Assembly (NCBI RefSeq): GCF_900094925.1 | Contig: NZ_FMAY01000002.1 | Location: 1-64,000 of the forward strand | Reading direction: 5' to 3' | Source: Kosakonia oryzendophytica | GTDB taxonomy: Bacteria; Pseudomonadota; Gammaproteobacteria; Enterobacterales; Enterobacteriaceae | Length of the DNA stretch: 64,000 nt | Shown: positions 47,001 through 56,568 of the stretch, one piece after another | How the letters are laid out: every line of letters starts with the position of its first letter | How positions within the stretch are numbered: position 1 is the stretch's first letter | Translations under genes and position numbers: made by a program | Notes under the pieces: model-generated | What the model was told of the DNA's origin: nothing | The model's database searches: none | What the model saw: only the letters and a program-made list of their open reading frames with translations

Positions 47001-47170
47001 CCCCTCTCTTTTCTTATACTTCTTTCTCCCGCCTCGTTAATACTGCTTTCTTTGTCGTAAATGGTTAAAGATTCCGAATGTAAACCAACTGGCAGTATTC
47101 CTGACTACAATGATTAGTACGTTCAGCGTAACAGGAACGTAACTTTTAACCGAACGATAAGGAGTCAACG

Positions 47171-47380
47171 ATGAACAAAGACGAAATCGGCGGTAACTGG
47201 AAGCAGTTTAAAGGTACTGTGAAAGAGAAATGGGGCAAGTTGACCGATGACGATATGACCGTCATCGAAGGCAAACGTGACCAACTGGTGGGTAAAATCC
47301 AGGAGCGTTACGGTTACGCAAAAGATGAGGCAGAAAAGGAAGTTACGGATTGGGAAAGCCGTAATGATTACCGCTGGTAA
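47171..47380 (+). CDS. yjbJ: CsbD-family stress protein YjbJ
   Basis: 69 aa (MNKDEIGGNWKQFKGTVKEKWGKLTDDDMTVIEGKRDQLVGKIQERYGYAKDEAEKEVTDWESRNDYRW). Confidence 0.9.
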   Translation: MNKDEIGGNWKQFKGTVKEKWGKLTDDDMTVIEGKRDQLVGKIQERYGYAKDEAEKEVTDWESRNDYRW

Positions 47381-47444
47381 CGGACATTGACCCTCAATGT
47401 GTTGATTTTGTGAGCGTTACCCTGCCCAAGTGGTACACGGATGT

Positions 47445-47650
47445 ACCCTCCCTTTATCTTTCACGTTTTACCGGTGTTGGCTGCGCTTTCTCGCCCGGGT
47501 CACATACTGATGTATGCTCCCCGGAACGCGTACGCTTGCCGCCTGGGTAAAACGCGAAATCTTTCGGGATGTCCCTTTATCTTTGATGTGTTGCCGGTGT
47601 TGGCTGCGCTTTTTCGCCCGGGTCACATACTTATTCCCCGGAACGAACTA
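47445..47650. repeat. two tandem ERIC-family-related repeat copies (about 80 bp units separated by a spacer)
   Basis: CCTTTATCTTT.A.GT.TT.CCGGTGTTGGCTGCGCTTT.TCGCCCGGGTCACATACT…CCCCGGAACG occurs twice. The core CCGGTGTTGGCTGC…CCCGGGTCACATAC…GCTCCCCGG parallels the ERIC unit at 24428. Confidence 0.7.
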
Positions 47651-47659
47651 TCAGCGCTA

Positions 47660-48175
47660 TTAACGCGGTTTTTTCTTTACCAGAATGCTGTGATCGTGAT
47701 GGCAGTGCTCATGATGACGGCAGGCCTCCACTTCCACACAGGCGGCGCATAAACCGTGTGCTTCAATCACGTTATGGCGCAGGGCAAAACCCATCTTCGC
47801 CGCCAGCGCGTGCATAATATCTTCCACGCCTTCCGCCTGCTCTTCTTTCACCGACCCGCAGCGATCGCAAATAAACATGGCGGACGTGTGCGTCGGTTGA
47901 TCAAACAAATGGCACAGCACATAGCTGTTAGTCGACTCTACCTTATGAACAAACCCTTGCTCCAGCAGGAAATCCAGCGCGCGGTAGACGGTTGGCGGCT
48001 TAGCCTGCGGCTCGCTGACGCGTAATAAGTCGAGCAGATCGTAAGCGCTGATTGCCCCTTGCTGCAGGCTCAGTAATCGCAGCACTTCAAGACGCTGGGG
48101 AGTCAGGCGCACATTGCGCTGCGCGCACAGCTTTTCAGCCTGCACTAACATCTCTTGCGAAGTGGTCTTATCCAT
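47660..48175 (-). CDS. zur: zinc uptake regulator Zur
   Basis: 171 aa from MDKTTSQEMLVQAEKLCAQRNVRLTPQRLEVLRLLSLQQGAISAYDLLDLLR… with a Fur-family fold and a C-terminal Cys/His cluster. Confidence 0.92.
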   Translation of the reverse strand: MDKTTSQEMLVQAEKLCAQRNVRLTPQRLEVLRLLSLQQGAISAYDLLDLLRVSEPQAKPPTVYRALDFLLEQGFVHKVESTNSYVLCHLFDQPTHTSAMFICDRCGSVKEEQAEGVEDIMHALAAKMGFALRHNVIEAHGLCAACVEVEACRHHEHCHHDHSILVKKKPR

Positions 48176-48463
48176 GGGCGCTCTCTGTTTCGGGGGAAGC
48201 AATAAACCCGTACTTTACCATGTCCGGCGCGAAACGCCGAGATCGCGTCCTGGGATCCGTTTTTCGCCGATATATCCACGAACTCATCAGCGTCTTCTAT
48301 AAATAATGAGTGTCATTAATCACAAAAATCACTTCTGTCGATTATTTTTCGTTCAGAAGATTTAGCTACTTTTTCCTATGTTATTCGCAGCAATAGAGCC
48401 TTCCTGTTTAGCAAATACTAATCAGGTTTAAAAAAAACTCATTCTGACTACGAGACGCATACT

Positions 48464-49780
48464 GTGAAAAAAAATCTCAAATTTTCGGTGGTCGCGATAG
48501 CTGTCTCCTTCGTTGTGGCAAATCAGGCGGGAGCAGCCAATACCTGGGCGGAAGCACGTAATGATGCAATGGGGGGAACCGGTGTTGCCTCCGCAAACTA
48601 TGGCAGCGGCGCCCTTATTAACCCGGCACTGCTGGCAAAAGCCAAACCGGAAGACGATATCACCGTTATTCTGCCTAGTGTGCAGGCGCAAATTACCGAT
48701 AAGGACAATCTGCGCGACGAAATCGACAATATCAGTGACAAAATCGACAGCTATCGCGATGTCGTTGATAACCTCACCGCCGCGCAATTTCTCGCTAACC
48801 CTCTGGGTACCATCGGTCAATTCCAGAGTGCTGCCAAAGACCTGGCGGATGAACTGACTTTCCTGAACGGGAAAACCGCGCGGGCCAAAGCGGCGGCGGG
48901 TATTGCTGTCAGCATTCCAAACGATGTGCTCTCGGTGGCTTTTGTCACCAAAGCCTATGCGCATGCCATTGTTAGCTCGTCGGTTGATCAGCAGGATATT
49001 ACCTATTTACGCAGTATTCAGAACAGTACAACGGTTGCAGCAACTGAAGCGCTAAATGCCGTTGTGTCGCCAAATGGCAGCAATGAGATCACCAAAAATC
49101 TCAACTCCACGGCATCCGGTCGTGCGGCTGTTGTATCGGATTACGGCGTTGCGGTTGCCCGGCAGTTCGAGGTGGGCGGCATCCCTTTATCTCTGGGCGT
49201 GACGCCAAAGCTCCAGAAAACCTGGGTCTGGAACTACACTACCTCTATTTATGACTATCACAGCAGTGAGTGGAGCAATAGCCGCTATCGTACCGATGAC
49301 ACCGGCTTTAACGTGGATGTGGGTGCGGCGGCAGATTTAGGGGAAAACATCTCTGTTGGTCTGACCGGTACAAACCTGATTTCCCGTGATATCGACACCA
49401 AAGATGTCCTGATCCGCAACGGCAGAACCGGGCAGACGGTCAATTATAAAGACACTTACCAGATTAGCCCGGTGGTGACGGCCGGGGTGTCATGGCATAA
49501 CGATCTGGTGACGTTAAGTGCCGACGGTGATTTAACCGAAACCAAAGGCTTTAAGAGCGAGAAGGACTCCCAGTATGTGGGCGTCGGCGGTGAAATTCGT
49601 CCGCTGAGTTGGCTGGCGGTTCGGGCCGGTTATCGCGCTGATGTGAAAGGCGATGACAAAAACGTCTTTACGGGTGGTGTCGGTTTCGCGCCGTTTAACC
49701 GGGTTCACGTCGATTTAATGGGGCTGGTAGGCGAAGACAAAACATGGGGTGCTGGTGCGCAACTTAGCGTGACATTCTAA
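48464..49780 (+). CDS. outer-membrane beta-barrel protein of unknown substrate (TraF-like/FadL-like family)
   Basis: 438 aa with a signal peptide (…VVANQAGAANTW), alternating amphipathic beta-strand pattern and a C-terminal …LSVTF aromatic terminus. Absent from this locus in E. coli K-12. Confidence 0.6.
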   Translation: MKKNLKFSVVAIAVSFVVANQAGAANTWAEARNDAMGGTGVASANYGSGALINPALLAKAKPEDDITVILPSVQAQITDKDNLRDEIDNISDKIDSYRDVVDNLTAAQFLANPLGTIGQFQSAAKDLADELTFLNGKTARAKAAAGIAVSIPNDVLSVAFVTKAYAHAIVSSSVDQQDITYLRSIQNSTTVAATEALNAVVSPNGSNEITKNLNSTASGRAAVVSDYGVAVARQFEVGGIPLSLGVTPKLQKTWVWNYTTSIYDYHSSEWSNSRYRTDDTGFNVDVGAAADLGENISVGLTGTNLISRDIDTKDVLIRNGRTGQTVNYKDTYQISPVVTAGVSWHNDLVTLSADGDLTETKGFKSEKDSQYVGVGGEIRPLSWLAVRAGYRADVKGDDKNVFTGGVGFAPFNRVHVDLMGLVGEDKTWGAGAQLSVTF

Positions 49781-49800
49781 GGTACAACCAGACGAAGACA

Positions 49801-49832
49801 AAACCGGCGGCGCGTGGCCTCCGGTTTTTTTA
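49801..49832. terminator. bidirectional terminator between the OMP gene and the isochorismatase gene
   Basis: AAACCGG-CGGCGCGTGGCCT-CCGGTTTTTTT between convergent genes. Confidence 0.6.
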
Positions 49833-49837
49833 CACGG

Positions 49838-50461
49838 TTATTTGTTGCTCAACGTATTAAAACTGGTCATCAGGTTACGGTAATCCGGAATATGGTTCGA
49901 AAACAGGTTACCCAGGCCTTCAATATCATTACGCCAGTCACGGTGTAACTCGCAGGCGATGCCAAACCAGGTCATCAACTGTGCGCCGGCTTTTGACATC
50001 CGATCCCAGGCCGAATGCCGCGTAATATCGTTGAATGTCCCGGATGCGTCGGTGACGACAAATACCTCAAAACCTTCTTCCAGCGCCGATAGTGCAGGAA
50101 AGGCCACACACACTTCCGTTACAACACCGGCAATGATCAACTGTTTTTTACCGGTCGCTTTTACCGCTTTAACAAAGTCTTCATTATCCCAGGCGTTGAT
50201 ATTGCCAGGACGAGCAATATACGGCGCATCAGGAAATTGCGCTCTTAGCTCAGGAACGAGAGGACCATTAGGGCCAGTTTCGAAGCTGGTGGTGAGAATG
50301 GTGGGAAGCTTAAAATATTTAGCGAGATCGCCTAATGCCAGAACGTTATTTTTAAATTTGTCTGGATCGATATCTCTCACTAATGACAGTAAACCCGTCT
50401 GGTGGTCAACGAGGAGAACAGCAGCGTTATTTTTATCGAGGCGAACATACGGTGTAGTCAT
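49838..50461 (-). CDS. isochorismatase-family hydrolase (YcaC-like)
   Basis: 207 aa (MTTPYVRLDKNNAAVLLVDHQTGLL…VTEVCVAFPALSALEEGFEVFVVTDASG…) with the Asp-Lys-Cys triad context of the cysteine hydrolase family. Confidence 0.8.
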   Translation of the reverse strand: MTTPYVRLDKNNAAVLLVDHQTGLLSLVRDIDPDKFKNNVLALGDLAKYFKLPTILTTSFETGPNGPLVPELRAQFPDAPYIARPGNINAWDNEDFVKAVKATGKKQLIIAGVVTEVCVAFPALSALEEGFEVFVVTDASGTFNDITRHSAWDRMSKAGAQLMTWFGIACELHRDWRNDIEGLGNLFSNHIPDYRNLMTSFNTLSNK

Positions 50462-50733
50462 CTTCTTTAACTCCTTTTACCCGTTACGGTGGTTAATAGC
50501 GTCAGGCTATTGACGAACATTTCCTATGCCTACCAAAAATGATAGGTGTCGATCGTGTTTTGTACAAGTTCATGCCGGTTATTGCGCTATCGGGTTGTAC
50601 TGAATGCCATCGGGTTTAAGGTGTTCCATTATGCTAGAATGACGCCCCGCTATTTCAGGTGCCGTTATTTGCCTGACCTGGGCGGGCCTGATACCTCTAT
50701 TTTTTAACTGCCAAAATTGCACGGTAATCCTAC

Positions 50734-51753
50734 ATGACAAAAAACCAGCAAACCCGCCTGATGCCCACCGATTCTGCTTATCACTGGCCTGGCAGGTTTA
50801 GCGTGGCGCCGATGCTCGACTGGACGGACAGGCACTGTCGTTACTTTCTGCGACTGTTGTCGCGTCAAACGCTGCTGTACACCGAGATGGTGACCACCGG
50901 TGCGATTATTCATGGTAAAGGCGATTACCTGGCGTATAGTGAAGAAGAGCACCCGGTCGCATTGCAGCTTGGCGGCAGCGATCCGGCGCAGCTTGCCCAT
51001 TGTGCGAAGCTGGCTGAAGCGCGCGGCTATGATGAAATTAATCTCAATGTCGGCTGCCCGTCCGATCGCGTGCAGAACGGTCGCTTTGGTGCTTGCCTGA
51101 TGGGAGAAGCGCAACTGGTTGCCGATTGCGTCAAAGCGATGCGCGATGTGGTCTCTGTTCCGGTGACGGTGAAAACGCGTATTGGTATCGACGATCAGGA
51201 CAGTTACGAATTTCTCTGCGACTTTATCGGTACGGTTGCCGGTAAAGGTGAGTGCGAGTCCTTTATTATTCATGCCCGTAAAGCCTGGCTCTCCGGTTTA
51301 AGCCCGAAAGAAAACCGTGAGATCCCACCGCTGGATTACCCGCGTGTCTATCAGCTGAAGCGCGATTTCCCGCAGTTGACGATGTCGATTAATGGCGGGA
51401 TTAAGTCGCTGGCGGAGGCCAAAGCTCATCTGGAACATATGGATGGCGTGATGGTGGGCCGCGAAGCCTACCAGAACCCGGGGATTCTGGCGTCGGTTGA
51501 TCGGGAAATTTTTGGCGCGGAGGTCGGCGATGCCGATCCGGTGGCGGTTGTTCGCGCGATGTATCCCTACATAGAGCGTGAACTCAGCCAGGGGGCTTAC
51601 CTGGGGCACATCACCCGCCACATGCTGGGCCTGTTCCAGGGGATCCCTGGGGCGCGCCAGTGGCGCCGCTACCTGAGTGAGAATGCTCACAAGGCCGGCG
51701 CAGATGTTGAGGTTGTTGAGAAAGCGCTCAGTCTTGTTGCTCAGGCGCGTTAA
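50734..51753 (+). CDS. dusA: tRNA-dihydrouridine(20/20a) synthase DusA
   Basis: 339 aa (…[24 protein letters not shown]…[21 protein letters not shown]…). The exact start is uncertain. Confidence 0.9.
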   Translation: MTKNQQTRLMPTDSAYHWPGRFSVAPMLDWTDRHCRYFLRLLSRQTLLYTEMVTTGAIIHGKGDYLAYSEEEHPVALQLGGSDPAQLAHCAKLAEARGYDEINLNVGCPSDRVQNGRFGACLMGEAQLVADCVKAMRDVVSVPVTVKTRIGIDDQDSYEFLCDFIGTVAGKGECESFIIHARKAWLSGLSPKENREIPPLDYPRVYQLKRDFPQLTMSINGGIKSLAEAKAHLEHMDGVMVGREAYQNPGILASVDREIFGAEVGDADPVAVVRAMYPYIERELSQGAYLGHITRHMLGLFQGIPGARQWRRYLSENAHKAGADVEVVEKALSLVAQAR

Positions 51754-51783
51754 AAGTTCACTAAAACCTGGTCAAATTCACTA

Positions 51784-51812
51784 AAACCTGCACACCAGTG
51801 CAGGTTTTTTTA
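51784..51812 (+). terminator. dusA terminator
   Basis: AAAACCTGCACACCAGTGCAGGTTTTTTT. Confidence 0.85.
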
Positions 51813-51835
51813 TTGCTGAATCAGTAAGTTAAGGT

Positions 51836-51851
51836 TGGCATATTTCTTGTA
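51836..51851 (+). promoter_or_regulatory. sigma-54 promoter of pspG
   Basis: TGGCATatttcTTGTA with correct -24/-12 spacing, about 35 nt upstream of the pspG start. pspG is PspF/sigma-54-dependent in E. coli. Confidence 0.65.
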
Positions 51852-51887
51852 ATAGAAGAATGAGTTACCTGGTTTGTGGAGAGCGCT

Positions 51888-52130
51888 ATGTTGGAACTAC
51901 TGTTTATTATCGGCTTCTTTATTATGTTGTTGGTGACCGGCGTGTCGCTGCTGGGTATTGTGGCGGCGCTGGTTGTGGCAACCGCAGTGATGTTTTTAGG
52001 CGGGCTTTTTGCTTTGATGATCAAACTGTTGCCCTGGCTATTGTTGGCTGTTGCCGTGGTCTGGATCATTCGCGCTATCAAAGAACCGAAGCTCCCACGT
52101 TATCAACGCAATAACCGTTGGCGTTACTAA
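51888..52130 (+). CDS. pspG: phage-shock protein G
   Basis: 80 aa (MLELLFIIGFFIMLLVTGVSLLGIVAALVVATAVMFLGGLFALMIKLLPWLLLAVAVVWIIRAIKEPKLPRYQRNNRWRY). Confidence 0.9.
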   Translation: MLELLFIIGFFIMLLVTGVSLLGIVAALVVATAVMFLGGLFALMIKLLPWLLLAVAVVWIIRAIKEPKLPRYQRNNRWRY

Positions 52131-52319
52131 AGTATTGAGTGGTGCGTCACAACCCTGAAACATTTAGTGGCGCATTGCTTAGAACCGCATAGGATTTGCT
52201 TATCAAATCTGTCACTATCGCGACGTTAACGAATTCATCGCGCTGTACCCTACAATGCAGCCGAACTAAAAAAAGAAAGGGCTTCCTGCGGGAAGCCCTA
52301 ATTCTTTCCGGCGATGAAC

Positions 52320-53303
52320 TCAAGGGATCAATAAGCTTGAGCCCTGGGTTGCACGGCTTTCCAGCACCGCATGTGCGCGCTGTGCATCCTTTAAAGCAAA
52401 TTTCTGGCTCTCTGCCACATCCACTTTAATGACGCCGCTGGCAATCAATGAGAACAACTCATTGCTGGCTTCCTGCAACTCTTCCCGCGTGGTGATGTAG
52501 CCATTAAGGGAAGGGCGCGTGGCATAGAGCGAACCTTTCTGGTTGAGAATACCGAGGTTCACGCCGGTAACCGGACCGGAGGAGTTACCAAAGCTGACCA
52601 TCAGGCCACGGCGACGCAGGCAATCGAGCGAGATCTCCCAGGTATCTTTCCCGACCGAGTCATACACCACGCCCACCTTTTTGCCGCCGGTAAGTTCTTT
52701 CACGCGTTCGACCACATTCTCTTCGCTGTAGTTGATCACCTGCCAGGCACCGGCCTGCAATGCACGCTGCGCCTTTTGCGCTGACCCCACGGTGCCAATC
52801 AGTTTCGCGCCGAGCGCTTTCGCCCATTGGCAGGCAATAAGCCCAACGCCGCCCGCCGCCGCGTGAAACAGGAATACCTCGTCGGGTTTGATCTCCCAGG
52901 TTTTGCGCAGTAGGTAGAAGACCGTCAATCCCTTCAGGTAAGCGGCTGCGGCTTGTTCGAAAGAGATGGCATTCGGCAGGATCGCCGCTTTATCGGCAGG
53001 GACATTGTGTACCGAGCTGTAAGCGCCCAGCCCTGATTGCGCGTAGACCACGCGATCGCCCACCTTAATGTGCGTCACGCCGCTGCCCACTTTGCTGACG
53101 ACGCCGGCTGCTTCGGTGCCCAGCCCGCTCGGCAAAGACGGCGGCGGGTAAAGTCCGCTGCGGATATAGGTATCAATGTAGTTGATACCTATGGCTTTGT
53201 TTTCCACCTGGATTTCGTTTTCCGCTGGTGCTGTGGGGGTAAACTCCACGGCTTTCAGCACGTCAGGGCCGCCATGCTTGTGAAATTCTATTCGTGTCGC
53301 CAT
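52320..53303 (-). CDS. qor: NADPH:quinone oxidoreductase
   Basis: 327 aa from MATRIEFHKHGGPDVLKAVEF… (AGGAGG RBS), a zeta-crystallin-type MDR. The ORF-track N-terminal extension is rejected. Confidence 0.92.
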   Translation of the reverse strand: MATRIEFHKHGGPDVLKAVEFTPTAPAENEIQVENKAIGINYIDTYIRSGLYPPPSLPSGLGTEAAGVVSKVGSGVTHIKVGDRVVYAQSGLGAYSSVHNVPADKAAILPNAISFEQAAAAYLKGLTVFYLLRKTWEIKPDEVFLFHAAAGGVGLIACQWAKALGAKLIGTVGSAQKAQRALQAGAWQVINYSEENVVERVKELTGGKKVGVVYDSVGKDTWEISLDCLRRRGLMVSFGNSSGPVTGVNLGILNQKGSLYATRPSLNGYITTREELQEASNELFSLIASGVIKVDVAESQKFALKDAQRAHAVLESRATQGSSLLIP

Positions 53304-53366
53304 GCTTCCTCCTGAACTCTGTGATAATCTTTCGAACCATTCATTACCTTGGTAGCTCCATTCACT

Positions 53367-54773
53367 ATGGCAGGAAATAAACCCTTCAACAAACAGACTG
53401 AATCCCGCGACGTACAGCTTGAGGGGATGAAAGTGCCTCCGCATTCCATTGAAGCGGAGCAGTCAGTGTTGGGCGGTTTAATGCTGGATAACGAACGCTG
53501 GGATGACGTCGCCGAGCGTGTTGTCGCGGATGATTTTTACACGCGTCCGCACCGCCATATTTTCACCGAAATGCACCGCCTGCAGGAGATGGGCAAACCC
53601 ATTGACCTGATTACGTTGGCGGAATCGCTGGAGCGTCAGGGGCAACTGGAGATCGTTGGTGGTTTCGCTTACCTGGCGGAACTGTCCAAAAATACGCCAA
53701 GTGCGGCGAACATCAGCGCCTATGCGGATATCGTGCGTGAACGGGCCGTGGTCCGTGAGATGATCTCGGTGGCGAATGAAATCGCCAATGCCGGTTTCGA
53801 TCCGCAGGGGCGCACCAGTGAAGATTTGCTCGATCTGGCGGAGTCGCGGGTCTTCAAAATTGCAGAAAGCCGCGCGAATAAAGACGAAGGCCCGAAGAAT
53901 ATCGCCGATGTTCTTGAAGCGACCGTCTCGCGTATCGAGCAGCTTTTCCAGCAACCCCATGATGGCGTAACCGGGGTCAATACCGGCTATGACGACCTCA
54001 ATAAGAAAACGGCGGGTTTGCAGCCGTCAGATTTGATTATCGTCGCGGCGCGTCCGTCGATGGGTAAAACGACATTTGCAATGAACCTCGTCGAAAATGC
54101 GGCAATGTTGCAGGATAAACCAGTGCTTATTTTCAGCCTGGAGATGCCATCTGAGCAGATTATGATGCGTTCCCTGGCGTCATTGTCGCGGGTTGATCAG
54201 ACACGCATTCGTACCGGTCAGCTCGACGATGAGGACTGGGCGCGTATCTCCGGCACCATGGGTATCCTGCTGGAAAAACGCAATATCTATATTGATGACT
54301 CCTCCGGTCTGACCCCGACGGAAGTCCGTTCCCGTGCCCGACGTATCGCCCGCGAACATGGCGGCATCGGGCTTATCATGATTGACTACCTTCAGTTGAT
54401 GCGCGTGCCGTCGTTGTCCGACAACCGTACGCTGGAAATCGCCGAAATCTCCCGCTCACTGAAAGCGCTGGCCAAAGAGTTGCAGGTACCGGTGGTGGCG
54501 CTGTCGCAGCTTAACCGCTCTCTGGAACAACGTGCCGATAAACGTCCGGTTAACTCCGACCTGCGTGAGTCCGGCTCCATTGAGCAGGATGCGGACTTGA
54601 TCATGTTTATCTATCGTGATGAGGTTTATCACGAAAACAGTGACTTAAAAGGCATTGCGGAAATCATTATTGGTAAACAGCGTAACGGCCCTATCGGGAC
54701 GGTGCGCCTGACATTTAACGGGCAGTGGTCGCGCTTTGATAACTATGCGGGGCCTCAATATGATGACGAATAA
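53367..54773 (+). CDS. dnaB: replicative DNA helicase DnaB
   Basis: 468 aa from MAGNKPFNKQ… with Walker A ARPSMGKTTFAMN, near-identical to E. coli DnaB. Confidence 0.97.
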   Translation: MAGNKPFNKQTESRDVQLEGMKVPPHSIEAEQSVLGGLMLDNERWDDVAERVVADDFYTRPHRHIFTEMHRLQEMGKPIDLITLAESLERQGQLEIVGGFAYLAELSKNTPSAANISAYADIVRERAVVREMISVANEIANAGFDPQGRTSEDLLDLAESRVFKIAESRANKDEGPKNIADVLEATVSRIEQLFQQPHDGVTGVNTGYDDLNKKTAGLQPSDLIIVAARPSMGKTTFAMNLVENAAMLQDKPVLIFSLEMPSEQIMMRSLASLSRVDQTRIRTGQLDDEDWARISGTMGILLEKRNIYIDDSSGLTPTEVRSRARRIAREHGGIGLIMIDYLQLMRVPSLSDNRTLEIAEISRSLKALAKELQVPVVALSQLNRSLEQRADKRPVNSDLRESGSIEQDADLIMFIYRDEVYHENSDLKGIAEIIIGKQRNGPIGTVRLTFNGQWSRFDNYAGPQYDDE

Positions 54774-54799
54774 ATTTCCGTCATCCTTCGTGCCGCAGG

Positions 54800-54890
54800 T
54801 GCGTTGACGGAGCCCGCTCACCCGGTCACTTAGTTTACTAAGCTCCCGGCGATCCCCGGGTTTATCTCCCTCCTGCGACACGAATGATTC
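54800..54890. repeat. ERIC-family repeat fragment after dnaB
   Basis: …CACCCGGTCACTTAGTTTACTAAGCTCCCGGCGATCCCCGGG… has the ERIC core palindrome. Confidence 0.6.
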
Positions 54891-54917
54891 AGGAAATTCT
54901 TTTAGTAAGGAATTGAA

Positions 54918-55997
54918 ATGCAAGCGGCAACCGTAGTAGTGAACCGCCGCGCTCTGCGACACAATCTGCAACGCCTGCGCGAACTGGCCCCCGCCAGTCG
55001 ACTGGTTGCAGTCGTGAAAGCGAACGCCTATGGACACGGTCTTCTTGAGACCGCGCGAACGCTCCCTGATGCCGACGCTTTTGGCGTCGCCCGTCTCGAA
55101 GAAGCCCTGCTCCTGCGTGCAGGCGGCATAACGCAACCGATCCTGCTGCTGGAAGGTTTTTTCAATGCCGAAGCGTTGCCGCTGGTCGCTGAACATCAGC
55201 TACAGACCGTCGTCCACAGCGAGGAACAGCTTAAGGCGCTGGAAACGACCCCTCTGAACGCGCCAGTCACCGTGTGGATGAAACTCGATACCGGCATGCA
55301 CCGTCTTGGGGTGCACCCCAATGAAGCGGAGGCCTTTTATGCCCGCTTGTCGCAGTGTAAAAACGTCCGCCAGCCAGTGAACGTCGCCAGCCATTTTGCC
55401 CGTGCCGATGAGCCGGAGTGCGGCGCGACGGAACGCCAGCTCGATATTTTCACCACCTTTACCGACGGTAAGCCAGGCCTGCGCACGATTGCTGCCTCCG
55501 GCGGCACGTTGCTTTGGCCGCAATCGCACTTCGACTGGGTACGTCCGGGCATTATTCTGTATGGCGTATCGCCGCTGGAAGACAAACCCTGGGGTGCAGA
55601 TTTCGGTTTTCAGCCCGCTATGACCCTGACTTCACAGCTTATTGCTGTGCGCGAACATAAAGCAGGTGATGCTGTAGGGTATGGTGGCACCTGGCAGAGC
55701 GAACGCGACACCCGCCTGGGCGTGGTCGCGATGGGTTACGGCGATGGCTATCCTCGTGCTGCGCCTTCCGGTACGCCGGTGCTGGTTAACGGGCGTGAAG
55801 TGCCGATTGTGGGGCGGGTAGCGATGGACATGATTTGCGTCGACCTGGGGCCGGAAGCAGAAGATCGCGCCGGTGATAGGGTCGTGTTATGGGGCGCAGG
55901 GTTACCCGTTGAACGCATCGCTAAAATAACGAAGGTAAGTGCTTACGAACTTATTACGCGCCTGACCGCCAGGGCGACCCTGACCTACATCGACTAA
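54918..55997 (+). CDS. alr: alanine racemase (biosynthetic)
   Basis: 359 aa ([25 protein letters not shown]…[10 protein letters not shown]…) with the PLP-binding lysine motif. Confidence 0.95.
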   Translation: MQAATVVVNRRALRHNLQRLRELAPASRLVAVVKANAYGHGLLETARTLPDADAFGVARLEEALLLRAGGITQPILLLEGFFNAEALPLVAEHQLQTVVHSEEQLKALETTPLNAPVTVWMKLDTGMHRLGVHPNEAEAFYARLSQCKNVRQPVNVASHFARADEPECGATERQLDIFTTFTDGKPGLRTIAASGGTLLWPQSHFDWVRPGIILYGVSPLEDKPWGADFGFQPAMTLTSQLIAVREHKAGDAVGYGGTWQSERDTRLGVVAMGYGDGYPRAAPSGTPVLVNGREVPIVGRVAMDMICVDLGPEAEDRAGDRVVLWGAGLPVERIAKITKVSAYELITRLTARATLTYID

Positions 55998-56010
55998 AAA
56001 GGATTGTCCT

Positions 56011-56568
56011 TTGTCTCCAATGGAAATCGCCGCCTGCCTGGCCTATGCCCTCTCTGTATGGCTTGCCGCGCGCAATAACATGCACACCTGGTGGACAGGG
56101 ATTATTGGCTGTGTGCTGTATGGCTGGGTGTTTTACTCGGTGCAGTTGTATGCGGATGTCACCCTGCAAGTGTTCTTTATCGCCAGCAGTATTGCCGGGT
56201 GGGTCAACTGGTTAAAAGGGAATCATGGCAGTGAACTGGCGGTGCGCAAAACGCCGATCGGTCGGCTGTTGCCCATGCTGGCTGGCGCGCTGCTGGTGGC
56301 GGGCGGTTATGCGTGGTTGCTGCACCGTTTTACCAACGCGTGGTCGCCGTGGCTGGATTCCGCCATCATGGTGTTCAGCGTGCTTGCGCAGTTCATGCTG
56401 ATGGGGCGCAGGCTCGAGAGCTGGTATTTCTGGCTACTGGTCAACACCATTGCCGTACCGCTTTATGCGGCGCGCGATCTCTGGCTGACCGCCGGGTTGT
56501 ATCTCGTTTTTTGGTGTAACGCATGGCACGGTCTGTACCAGTGGCGCAAGGCGCTGGTCGCGCGATGA
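56011..56568 (+). CDS. pnuC: PnuC-family nicotinamide riboside transporter (short form)
   Basis: 185 aa. …VQLYADVTLQVFFIASSIAGWVNW… and …WYFWLLVNTIAVPLYAARDLW… align with E. coli PnuC conserved blocks (QLYASLLLQVFFFAANIYGWYAW; NWLLWVIINVISVVIF). The start (TTG 56011 or ATG 56020) is uncertain. Confidence 0.7.
   Translation: MSPMEIAACLAYALSVWLAARNNMHTWWTGIIGCVLYGWVFYSVQLYADVTLQVFFIASSIAGWVNWLKGNHGSELAVRKTPIGRLLPMLAGALLVAGGYAWLLHRFTNAWSPWLDSAIMVFSVLAQFMLMGRRLESWYFWLLVNTIAVPLYAARDLWLTAGLYLVFWCNAWHGLYQWRKALVAR

Noticed and set aside
47441-47752. 103-aa ORF (MYPPFIFHVLPVLAALSRPGHIL…)
   Set aside because: The frame is created by translation through two tandem ERIC-like repeats, which gives a duplicated peptide segment. 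It also overlaps the 3' end of zur. It is not a gene.
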